Part shown: one piece after another, positions 15,001 through 26,729 of the stretch
Position numbering within the stretch: the first letter of the stretch is position 1
Layout of the letters: the number at the start of each line of letters is the position of its first letter
Origin: Balanoglossus misakiensis
Lineage: Eukaryota; Animalia; Hemichordata
DNA length: 64,000 nucleotides
Reading direction: 5' to 3'
Assembly (NCBI GenBank): GCA_040954595.2
Contig: CM082580.2
Span: 424,783 to 488,782 of the forward strand
The notes under the pieces: generated by a model
Told to the model about the DNA's origin: nothing
Database searches by the model: none
Seen by the model: only the letters and a program-made list of their open reading frames with translations
Position numbers and translations under genes: made by a program

Positions 15001-18000
15001 TTCACCCATGATTTTTTCAAAAATCGACGAAATTTTGAGATTTTGCAAAGTCGAAAATTTGTCATTTTTTGATGATTTTCACCCATGTTTTTTTTAAAAA
15101 AATCGACGTACCTATGATTTTTTTCAAAATCGACGAAATTTTGTGATTTTGCAAAGTCGAAAATTTTGTCATTTTTTGATGATTTTTAACCATGATTTTT
15201 TTTCAAAAATCGACGAAATTTTGAGATTTTGCAAAGTCGAAAATTTTGTCATTTTTTGATGATTTTCACCCATGATTTTTTTCAAAAATCGACGAAAATT
15301 TGAGATTTTGCAAAGATGAAAATTTGTCATTTTTGATGATTTTTACCCATAATTTTTTTTCAGAAATGGACGAAATTTTGAGATTTTGCAAAGTCGAAAA
15401 TGTGTCATTTTTTGATGATTTTCACCCGTTTTTTTTTCAAAATTTGTCATTTTTTCATGATTTTCACCCATGATTTTTTTCAAAAATCGACGAAATTTTG
15501 AGATTTTGCAAAGTCGAAAATTTGTCATTTTTTGATGATTTTCACCCATGATTTTTTTCAAAAATCGACGAAATTTTGAGATTTTGCAAAGTCGAAAATT
15601 TGTCATTTTTTGATGATTTTCACCCATGTTTTTTTTAAAAAAATCGACGTACCTATGATTTTTTTCAAAATCGACGAAAATTTGAGATTTTGCAAAGATG
15701 AAAATTTGTCATTTTTGATGATTTTTACCCATAATTTTTTTTCAGAAATGGACGAAATTTTGAGATTTTGCAAAGACGAAAATTTGTCATTTTTTAATGA
15801 TTTTCACCCATGATTTTTTGTCAAAAATCGACGAAATTTTGAGATTTTGCAAAGTCGAAAATGTGTCATTTTTTGATGATTTTTACCCATGATTTTTTTC
15901 AAAAATCGATGAAATTTTGAGATTTTGCAGTAAAAAAATTGTCATTTTTTGATGATTTTCAACCATGATTTTTTTCAAAATTGACGAAATTTTGAGATTT
16001 TGCAGTCGAAAATTTGTCATTTTTTGATCATTTTCCCCCATGATTTTTTTCAAAAATCGACGAAATTTTCAGATTTTGCAAAGTCGAAAATTTGTCATTT
16101 TTTCATGATTTTCACCCATGATTTTTTCAAAAATCGACGAAATTTTGAGATTTTGCAGTCGAAAATTTGTAATTTTTTGATGATTTTCCCCCATGATTTT
16201 TTTCAAAAATCGACGAAATTTTGAGATTTTGCAAAGTCGAAATTTTGTCATTTTTTGATGATTTTCACCCATGATTTTCTTCAAAAATCGACGAAATTTT
16301 GAGATTTTGCAAAGTCGAAAATTTGTCATTTTTTGATTATTTTCACCCATGATTTTTTTCAAAAATCGACGAAATTTTGAGATTTTGCGAAGTCGAAAAT
16401 TTGTCATTTTTTGATGATTTTCACCCATGATTTTTTTCAAAAATCGACGAAATGTTGAGATTTTGCAAAGTCGAAAAATTGTCATTTTTTGATGATTTTC
16501 ACCCATGATTTTTTTCAAAAATCGACGAAATGTTGAGATTTTGCAAAGTCGAAAATTTTGTCATTTTTTGATGATTTTCAACCATGATTTTTTTTCAAAA
16601 ATCGACGAAAATTTGAGATTTTGCAAAGATGAAAATTTGTCATTTTTGATGATTTTTACCCATAATTTTTTTTCAAAAATGGACGAAATTTTGAGATTTT
16701 GCAAAGACGAAAATTTGTCATTTTTTGATGATTTTCACCCATGATTTTTTTTCAAAAATCGACGAAATTTTAAGATTTTGCAAAGAGGAAAATTTGTCAT
16801 TTTTTCATGATTTTCCCCCATGATTTTTTTCAAAAATCGACGAAATTTTGAGATTTTGCAAAGTCGAAAATTTTGTCATTTTTTGATGATTTTCAAACAT
16901 GATTTTTTTTCAAAAATCGACGAAAATTTGAGATTTTGCAAAGATGAAAATTTGTCATTTTTGATGATTTTTACCCATAATTTTTTTTCAGAAATGGACG
17001 AAATTTTGAGATTTTGCAAAGACGAAAATTTGTCATTTTTTGATGATTTTCACCCATGATTTTTTTTCAAAAATCGACGAAATTTTGAGATTTTGCAAAG
17101 TCGAAAATGTGTCATTTTTTGATGATTTTTACCCATGATTTTTTTTCAAAAATGGACGAAATTTTGAGATTTTGCAAAGTCGAAAATTTGTTATTTTTTG
17201 ATGATTTTCACCCATGTCTTTTTTTAAAAATCGACGAAATTTTGAGATTTTGCAAAGAGGAAAATTTGTCATTTTTTTCATGATTTTCCCCCATGATTTT
17301 TTTCAAAAATCGACGAAATTTTGAGATTTTGCAAAGTCGAAAATTTGTCATTTTTTGATGATTTTCACCCATGTCTTTTTTCAAAAATCGAAAAAATTTT
17401 GAGATTTTGCAAAGTCGAAAATTTGTCATTTTTTGATGATTTTCACCCATGATTTTCTTCAAAAATTGACGAAATTTTGAGATTTTGCAAAGTCGAAAAT
17501 TTGTCATTTTTTGATGATTTTCACCTATGATTTTTTTCAAAAATCAACAAAATTTTGAGATTTTGCAAAGTCGAAAATTTGTCATTTTTTTGATGATTTT
17601 CACCCATGATTTTTTTCAAAAATCGACGAAATTTTGAGATTTTGCAAAGAGGAAAATTTGTCATTTTTTTCATGATTTTCCCCCATGATTTTTTTCAAAA
17701 ATCGACGAAATTTTGAGATTTTGCAAAGTCGAAAATTTGTCATTTTTTGATGATTTTCACCCATGTCTTTTTTCAAAAATCGAAAAAATTTTGAGGTTTT
17801 GCAAAGTCGAAAATTTGTCATTTTTTGATGATTTTCACCCATGATTTTCTTCAAAAATCGACGAAATGTTGAGATTTCGCAAAGTCGAAAAATTGTCATT
17901 TTTTGATGATTTTCACCCATGATTTTTTTCAAAAATCGACGAAATGTTGAGATTTTGCAAAGTCGAAAATTTTGTCATTTTTTGATGATTTTCAACCATG

Positions 18001-21000
18001 ATTTTTTTTCAAAAATCGACGAAAATTTGAGATTTTGCAAAGATGAAAATTTGTCATTTTTGATGATTTTTACCCATAATTTTTTTTCAGAAATGGACGA
18101 AATTTTGAGATTTTGCAAAGTCGAAAATGGACGAAATTTTGAGATTTTGCAAAGACGAAAATTTGTCATTTTTTGATGATTTTCACCCATGATTTTTTCA
18201 AAAATTGACGAAATTTTGAGATTTTGCAAAGTCGAAAATTTGTCATTTTTTGATGATTTTCACACATGATTTTTTTCAAAAATCGACGAAATTGTGAGAT
18301 TTTGCAAAGACGAAAATTTGTCATTTTTTGATGATTTTTACCCATGATTTTTTTTCAAAAATGGACGAAATTTTGAGATTTTGCAAAGTCGAAAATTTGT
18401 TATTTTTTGATGATTTTCACCCATGTCTTTTTTTAAAAATCGACGAAATTTTGAGATTTTGCAGAGGAAAATTTGTCATTTTTTCATGATTTTCCCCCAT
18501 GATTTTTTTAAAAAATCGACGAAATTTTGAGATTTTGCAAAGTCGACGAAAATGTGTCATTTTTTGATGATTTTCACCCGTTTTTTTTTCAAAATTTGTC
18601 ATTTTTTCATGATTTTCACCCATGATTTTTTTTCAAAAATCGACGAAATTTTGAGATTTTGCAAAGTCGTAAATGTGTCATTTTTTGATGATTTTCACCA
18701 GTTTTTTTTTTTCAAAATTTGTCATTTTTTGATGATTTTCACACATGATTTTTTTCAAAAAACGACGAAATTTTGAGATTTTGCAAAGAGGAAAATTTGT
18801 CATTTTTTCATGATTTTCACCCATGATTTTTTTCAAAAATCGACGAAATTTTGAGATTTTGCAAAGAGGAAAATTTGTCATTTTTTCATGATTTTCCCCC
18901 ATGATTTTTTTTCAAAAATCGACGAAAATTTGAGATTTTGCAAAGACGAAAATTTGTCATTTTTGATGATTTTTACCCATGATTTTTTTTCAAAAATGGA
19001 CGAAATTTTGAGATTTTGCAAAGACGAAAATTTGTCATTTTTTGATGATTTTCACCAATGATTTTTTTTCAAAAAACGACGAAATTTTGAGATTTTGCAG
19101 AGGAAAATGTGTCATTTTTTGATGATTTTCACCCATGTTTTTTTTTTAAAAATCGACGAACCTATGATTTTTTTTCAAAATCGACGAAATTTTGTGATTT
19201 TACAAAGTCGAAAATTTTGTCATTTTTTGATGATTTTCAACCATGATTTTTTTTCAAAAATCGACGAAAATTTGAGATTTTGCAAAGACGAAAATTTGTC
19301 ATTTTTGATGATTTTTACCCATGATTTTTTTTCAAAAATGGACGAAATTTTGAGATTTTGCAAAGACGAAAATTTGTCATTTTTTTGATGATTTTCACCC
19401 ATGATTTTTTTTCAAAAATCGACGAAATTTTGAGATTTTGCAGAGAGGAAAATTTGTCATTTTTTCATGATTTTCCCCCATGATTTTTTTCAAAAATCGA
19501 CGAAATTTTGAGATTTTGCAAAGTCGAAAATTTGTCATTTTTTGATGATTTTCACCCATGATTTTTTTCAAAAATTGACGAAATGTTGAGATTTTGCAAA
19601 GTCGAAAATTTGTCATTTTTTGATGATTTTCACCCATGATTTTTTTCAAAAATGGACGAAATTTTGAGATTTTGCAAAGACGAAAATTTGTCATTTTTTG
19701 ATGATTTTCACCCATGATTTTTTTTCAAAAATCGACGAAATTTTAAGATTTTGCAAAGAGGAAAATTTGTCATTTTTTCATGATTTTCCCCCATGATTTT
19801 TTTCAAAAATCGACGAAATTTTGAGATTTTGCAAAGTCGAAAATTTTGTCATTTTTTGATGATTTTCAACCATGATTTTTTTTCAAAAATCGACGAAAAT
19901 TTGAGATTTTGCAAAGATGAAAATTTGTCATTTTTGATGATTTTTACCCATAATTTTTTTTCAGAAATGGACGAAATTTTGAGATTTTGCAAAGACGAAA
20001 ATTTGTCATTTTTTGATGATTTTCACCCATGATTTTTTTTCAAAAATCGACGAAATTTTGAGATTTTGCAAAGTCGAAAATGTGTCATTTTTTGATGATT
20101 TTTACCCATGATTTTTTTTCAAAAATGGACGAAATTTTGAGATTTTGCAAAGTCGAAAATTTGTTATTTTTTGATGATTTTCACCCATGTCTTTTTTTAA
20201 AAATCGACGAAATTTTGAGATTTTGCAAAGAGGAAAATTTGTCATTTTTTTCATGATTTTCCCCCATGATTTTTTTCAAAAATCGACGAAATTTTGAGAT
20301 TTTGCAAAGTCGAAAATTTGTCATTTTTTGATGATTTTCACCCATGTCTTTTTTCAAAAATCGAAAAAATTTTGAGATTTTGCAAAGTCGAAAATTTGTC
20401 ATTTTTTGATGATTTTCACCCATGATTTTCTTCAAAAATCGACGAAATTTTGAGATTTTGCAAAGTCGAAAATTTGTCATTTTTTGATGATTTTCACCTA
20501 TGATTTTTTTCAAAAATCAACAAAATTTTGAGATTTTGCAAAGTCGAAAATTTGTCATTTTTTGATGATTTTCACCCATGATTTTTTTCAAAAATTGACG
20601 AAATGTTGAGATTTTGCAAAGTCGAAAATTTGTCATTTTTTGATGATTTTCACCCATGATTTTTTTCAAAAATGGACGAAATTTTGAGATTTTGCAAAGA
20701 CGAAAATTTGTCATTTTTTGATGATTTTCACCCATGATTTTTTTTCAAAAATCGACGAAATTTTAAGATTTTGCAAAGAGGAAAATTTGTCATTTTTTCA
20801 TGATTTTCCCCCATGATTTTTTTCAAAAATCGACGAAATTTTGAGATTTTGCAAAGTCGAAAATTTTGTCATTTTTTGATGATTTTCAACCATGATTTTT
20901 TTTCAAAAATCGACGAAAATTTGAGATTTTGCAAAGATGAAAATTTGTCATTTTTGATGATTTTTACCCATAATTTTTTTTCAGAAATGGACGAAATTTT

Positions 21001-21650
21001 GAGATTTTGCAAAGACGAAAATTTGTCATTTTTTGATGATTTTCACCCATGATTTTTTTTCAAAAATCGACGAAATTTTGAGATTTTGCAAAGTCGAAAA
21101 TGTGTCATTTTTTGATGATTTTTACCCATGATTTTTTTTCAAAAATGGACGAAATTTTGAGATTTTGCAAAGTCGAAAATTTGTTATTTTTTGATGATTT
21201 TCACCCATGTCTTTTTTTAAAAATCGACGAAATTTTGAGATTTTGCAAAGAGGAAAATTTGTCATTTTTTTCATGATTTTCCCCCATGATTTTTTTCAAA
21301 AATCGACGAAATTTTGAGATTTTGCAAAGTCGAAAATTTGTCATTTTTTGATGATTTTCACCCATGTCTTTTTTCAAAAATCGAAAAAATTTTGAGATTT
21401 TGCAAAGTCGAAAATTTGTCATTTTTTTGATGATTTTCACCCATGATTTTTTTCAAAAATCGACGAAATTTTGAGATTTTGCAAAGTCGAAAATTTGTCA
21501 TTTTTTGATGATTTTCACCCATGATTTTTTTCAAAATTGACGAAATTTTGAGATTTTGCAAAGTCGAAAATTTCTCATTTTTTGATGCATTTTCACCCAT
21601 GATTTTTTTTCAAAAAACGACGAAATTTTGAGATTTTGCAAAGTCGAAAA
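1..21650. repeat. Tandem satellite DNA array, 78-bp monomer, open at the left window edge
   Basis: Consensus tcaaaaatcgacgaaattttgagattttgcaaagtcgaaaatttgtcattttttgatgattttcacccatgatttttt repeats head-to-tail without interruption. The ORF track shows the matching 26-aa period (MGENHQKMTNFRLCKISKFRRFLKKI). The array ends at ...gcaaagtcgaaaa|caagcatcg. Confidence 0.98.
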
Positions 21651-23139
21651 CAAGCATCGTCCGATTCGAATTCGACTCGTCATCGGTAGCTTTGTTTATT
21701 TCGCCCTTGGAGACCTCCCCTGGCCTCGTTAGGATGACTGTTACCAGGACTACCTTAAACCAATCTTTTCGAACCGGACGGTACACACGTCATGTCTTTG
21801 TTAATTGTCCAGGTACCAGAGTGTACGTGTGGGCTCCCTAAACCACTCATTGGCGGCCGGTCCCTGTCCGAATAAACACGTTTGACAGACAAAAAATGAT
21901 GAACAAGTGGCTTATTTCAATACTTCGTTAACTAGACGGCTGAACTCTGAATGTTGATTCAGCAAAAAAAATGTGTTTACGGCAAGGTTTCGATCAATAC
22001 GACACATTTACCATTGAAAACGCCCAAAGTAAGTGGGGGCGTTTGACCAAAACCACGCCCAGGTGCATGTGAACGGCCGAAGCAGTGTAACGTTTCACAT
22101 TCCGTGCAACGTCCGACACTGTGTGAAAGCGGTTGCTGTCGGGTGGCTTGACCTAATTTTCGTACATTGATATGCATTTGACACCTCACTACCTGTTTTC
22201 TCAATATTGCTAAAACTTTGCGTTGAAATATCACTGAAATGTTGATGATCCACGCACAAGTCGTCTACCCCGGCATGAAAAGCGTCTTATACAAGAAAAC
22301 TAATTGCACATGACCACCAAGGTCATACCGCAAGGTGTGTCTAAATGTCAAGGAAGGACACTTGGGTCAAGAACGACCATGACGGAGGAAAAACCGACAA
22401 GTCATTGTGTAACCTGTTTACTTGCCAATAGTCAAACGTCAAAATTTACTCTCAACTTGGTTGCAGATCGAGTCTCCCGAATTTCCAACTTTTATGATTG
22501 GGTAAATACCGATATGCGACTGGTATGCGACGCGTTGACGACGCGAAGATTTTGTTGAAATCAAATGGTTTGTCAAATGTCATCTCACACTGGAGATACC
22601 GTGGTCATCTGACATGAAAGGGTTCGATTGGGTCTGACCGCCGTCGTTCATCCATGCTTAGAAAGCGGCGATCATGGTACAAAGTAAAACCAAGGTCAAA
22701 CCTTACTGAACACATGTATTGCATGGGGAAACTTTTCTCCCTGTCTGTGTACTGAACACGTACCGTGATTGCCATAGTTACAAACGTTACCACGTGAGAG
22801 AGATTGCATTTTACATCTGTCTTTTCAATTTTGTTGCTTTCTTACTATTCGGAATGATGGAGTCGAAACGAAAACTTTTTGCTTCAGGTGGACCTAGGGG
22901 AAATACCTTATTTGTGACTTTTTTCATGACCCTAAAAAGACGTCGGAATTAATGTGGCTGAGGTCACTCAGGACGACGGAATGGTTGAGCGATTTTATTT
23001 TATGAGCTCCCACTAGTATTTGTTTTATTGTTTCGGCAGTGTGCCGCGTTATTCGAGCAATCTGCAATCTGAAAACGAACGGTTTTCAAAGTTTATAACA
23101 GAAGAAGAGGGGTTTAAGCATGAAAGGTCCTTTTGTCTC

Positions 23140-23370
23140 CCTCGCTGTGTTTGTGTCACTGTGTCTTTGACGTCTGACTGACTGATTAACTGGCTGACTG
23201 ACTTACTGACTGTCTGTCAACGTCTGTCTGTCTGACTGTCTGCCCCCTCTCTCTGAGAGAGAGAGTGAGCGAGCGAGCGAGCGACCGGTGAGTGTCTCTA
23301 CTGATGAATGTTGCTCTGTCTGTCTGCTTGTGTCTGTCTGCCACTCTGCCTGTTTCACTCTGTCTCTCCT
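23140..23370. repeat. Compound microsatellite/low-complexity tract (TGAC, TGTC, GA, GAGC)
   Basis: Runs such as ctgactgactga, gtctgtctgtctg, gagagagagagtgagcgagcgagcgagcga are directly visible. Confidence 0.85.
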
Positions 23371-24149
23371 AATTTCTTTAAAATTAGGGATATGCTATTA
23401 ATGCGATATGAAAGTCAGACACGACGGAAACCTTTTATTCTCAAAACTGTCTGTTGTTTGCTGTTAAATATTGCAAAAGGTTAAGGGCCCTTTTCGCACG
23501 AGACACATGGCTTTGCAGCCGTAGCTCCCAATGTCATAACGATTACCCGAACTACCCTAATTTTAGCCCGCCGACCCAAAACAGTTTAGATCTTCGCAAA
23601 CCGGAAGTAAAAATAACGATGTCAAATATAAAACAATTCATGAAAATTGCGAGAATCACGCAAGAACTATGATGTCATTCTTCTACACTACGACGGCCAA
23701 AGATATAAAAAAAATTGAAAAATAAAAAAATGTCCCTTTCTACCTACAATATTTTTGAAAACCATGTAATCGGAATAGCACATATTAGTTTTTTTGGCCT
23801 GAGACATATCCAATTTCCCAACTGAACATGACACGTGATCAAGCATTTTCGACTTATCAGATGCAATCGCTGAACACCTCACACTGAGCGAGGTTTTGTC
23901 TGTCTTTATACGCGCCCTTTGTATTTGTGCGTGACATGTCCAAGCCTTGTTAGGAACTCCCGTAAAATTCTACTCAAATGATGTATACTTTCATACTTAC
24001 GACTGACAGGTATTTTCAGCGTTGCCAGCTGATTGTTTGTCAGGTACCGCTTTATAACAAGACGCCCCTCTGAGTTGATAACCTGCAATGTAACATCATT
24101 CAATTGGTCTAGTCATGTTAGCATTAGTAAAATGCTTCAAAAGTGTTAA

Positions 24150-24440
24150 AGGGACATGATACAAGACACCGTTTATGTTAGTGAATGAACGTTCAACCAC
24201 ACACAACTTCCATCCGGCTTGTATGATACGAGAGTAAAAACTCGCCCGAAATGAATAAATGGTAGAGACCGTTTATTCATTTTGGCTACTTTTTAAAACT
24301 CTCGTGTCTATACAAGCGGGGTGGAAGGTGTGTATGGTTGAACGTTGATTCACTATATCCACATGTAGAATAATATAAACGCAGTCTTGTATCAAACATA
24401 ATTAATGGAAAAAGGGCAGCGAGAGAGAGACTTTGTCCCT
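24150..24440. mobile_element. Palindromic MITE family A, copy 1 (TTAA target, Kolobok-type termini)
   Basis: ttaa|agggaca...tgtccct|ttaa with an internally palindromic body. Homologous to 25080-25399 and 46154-46500. TTAA TSD with 5'-RR termini is the Kolobok signature; piggyBac termini begin with CC. Confidence 0.85.
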
Positions 24441-24724
24441 TTAATGAATACAGCCACAATGTTCTGTTTATATCTACTGACGGACCAGGCATGGATTGTC
24501 ACGTATAATTCTTTGAAACGTTTGGTCCTCTGAAGAAATCTGAGCACTCATCTACTCAGTTTGCTTATTTTGTCTTCCTCCACCAGTCAGTGGTATCGTC
24601 CGATTTGATACTCCACTCTAAGCCTCTTTCTGAATGGCTCTTTAAGTTGTGATCTGTAAGTCTTAAACCTTTCATCATCCCCCCCCCCCCCCGTTTACTC
24701 TTTAGAGGTCGTCAACTGGTAAAC

Positions 24725-25075
24725 TGTGCGCCTGTGTCTCTTCCCATAGGAGTACATGGAGAATAGTTAGAAAACTCACTTCTACTATTGTCATTTTCAT
24801 GAAATTTTACACATAGCTCCGACAAATCAAAATAAATTCATCACGCTCTATTTTGAGATAAACTTTGTTCAATATTGTATCCATAGACAAACCATTGGTA
24901 GAAAATGCTGACCGTTAGCAGTTTTCTTCAATTGTCGACTAAATTCACGGCCTTGTTTAAAGTCGAAAACAAGTGCAGTGACCCAAAATGGATTTTCATT
25001 ATACATACAAATCAGAAACGAAAATTCACGATTAAAAGAAATGACAATGCTTTCAATTTTACTGATCGTACATCC
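24725..25075. mobile_element. Partial copy of TTAA-flanked element family B
   Basis: ttcccatagg...cttctactattgtc...ccatagacaaaccattggt matches the arms of 33816-34757, and both end in tacatcc|ttaa. Confidence 0.6.
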
Positions 25076-25079
25076 TTAA

Positions 25080-25399
25080 CTCGCTGCCCTTTTCCATGTT
25101 TGATACAAAACACCGTTTATATTAATGTAAATGTGGATATATAGTGATGCAACGTTCAACCGCACACACCTTCTATCCCGCATGTAGACACGAGAGCGAA
25201 AACTCGCAAAACTGAAAAATCGGTCTCTACCATTAATTCATTTTGGGCGAGTTTTTACTCTCATATCATACAAGCAGGATGGAAGTTGTGTGTGGTTGAA
25301 CGTTCATTCACTACATATACACATGCCCATTAATATAAACGGTGTCTTGTATCAAACATAATTAATAGAAAAGGGCGACGAGAGAGAGAGTTTGTCCCT
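25080..25399. mobile_element. Palindromic MITE family A, copy 2 (left end truncated)
   Basis: Ends in gagagagtttgtccct|ttaa. Body matches copies 1 and 3 (tgatacaa..caccgttt..aacgttcaacc..ggttgaacgtt..aaacggtgtcttgtatcaaac). Confidence 0.85.
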
Positions 25400-26131
25400 T
25401 TAAGGCGACATGATGCATGAAGTGGCGAGAGATAAACGCGGCTGACCACCGCATTAAACACTGTCAAGCAAGGCACTTCAAATGCCAATTGTTTAAGTGT
25501 GTACTAAGTAATAGGTTCATGTACCATGGGGGGGGGGGGGTCAAATCACAACAGTTGGACATGTACGAATATGAAGAGACGATATCAGTTTGTTCATGTC
25601 TTCCTTTAGTAAAAAATCTTTTTTGAACTTTGTATAGAATTCATTGAACTTTACTTTAGCTTATGAACTCTCATTTGCACATCGTCATCTTGAAATTGTG
25701 TCGACTTTATCATAAGGTTTTTATCACTCAACTAGGTCGCAAAACCTATTTAAGTTAGTGAGAATAGGACGTTCACCTTTTGGGTTGATGGCTACAGCCG
25801 TTAATCCTGACTCATACACATGTTGCAGCCAGTATACTCTGCAGACATTGGACACAATAGTTTTACGAACCATTAAATTTTATTGGACCATCAAGTTTAT
25901 TGACCCATGACGTTCATATAGATTTTATGACACGACTGACGCTATAATCGGTCCTTACCTTTGGCGAGCCAAGTGTTTTATAACATCATAAGATATTAAT
26001 ACCTATCACCCAGTCAAACGATTTCAAGTTATAAAATTTCCACGCCAATAGGACGCCTTTAGGTGGAAATGCAACCAGGTATCCTAAATAGGAAAATATT
26101 CCGGGTATCTGTCAAGTTTAGTCCCATATTT

Positions 26132-26729
26132 AGGGGACCAAGAGCCCTCAGGCGCTTGGTCCCCTTCTGTTATTGCTGGAGTTTGTCTTCTTTCTTCTTG
26201 AGTCGTTTTTTTGCGCCCGTTTTTCTCTGAAATTCCGGCAGGTGCGCCTCCAAATTTGGCACGGTGGTTGGGGCCCATGAGTACTGGTGCACCTGCCCTT
26301 TGAATTTGTAATTAGTCACGTGACTTTGTGGCTATAATCGAGCGAAATTTTCAAATTGACCTAATTTGCACGTTAATGGGGGCATGTACATTCTTTTCGC
26401 GATTTTTGTAGACCATGTGGCCAAAATCCCCTGTGCCAAATTTCAAGGTCCTAGGCCACGTCGATTTTGAGAAGAAGATTTTTGTAATATTTTTTCGCAT
26501 TTTTTGGTGGGCTGAGGACGGACACTGGGGCATCGGACTTTGACCGTCATTACGTAATGTTGTGGAGATCTCATTAGCAGGCTACTCACTTCTGGCGGGT
26601 TGCAGTAGTCCTTGGAAAATCGGCTGAAATACGTAAACAGACCAGTGATTATTTTCCACGGAATGAATTTTGGGACAACACATTATCGGAGTTCAGGCTG
26701 TGTTAGGGCGTTTTATTGAATTACGCTGA
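26132..26729 (+). mobile_element. 5' part of a Helentron/DINE-like non-autonomous element; related sequence resumes at ~29270-29970 and probably ~30830-31330
   Basis: T-rich site followed by an 11-bp hairpin aggggaccaag...cttggtcccct (26132-26165), then ctgttattg, a CTT-rich tract and ccaaatttggcac motifs. The family assignment is by architecture only. Confidence 0.5.

Noticed and set aside
42-21600. Dozens of ORFs with a repeating 26-aa unit
   Set aside because: Artefact of a 78-bp (3n) monomer lacking stops in some frames. Frames are broken constantly by homopolymer-length changes.
1-21650. CRISPR-like regular repeat (also considered for 63647-64000)
   Set aside because: No unique spacers, no cas genes, and a eukaryotic context.
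22590-22640. ggttcgat B-box-like motif (tRNA/SINE?)
   Set aside because: Spacing to any A box is too short, and there is no T-stem or cloverleaf pairing.
21640-24973. 15-bp match aaagtcgaaaacaag at the satellite junction (21640-21654) and at 24959-24973
   Set aside because: A-rich, with no extension on either side. Most likely chance.
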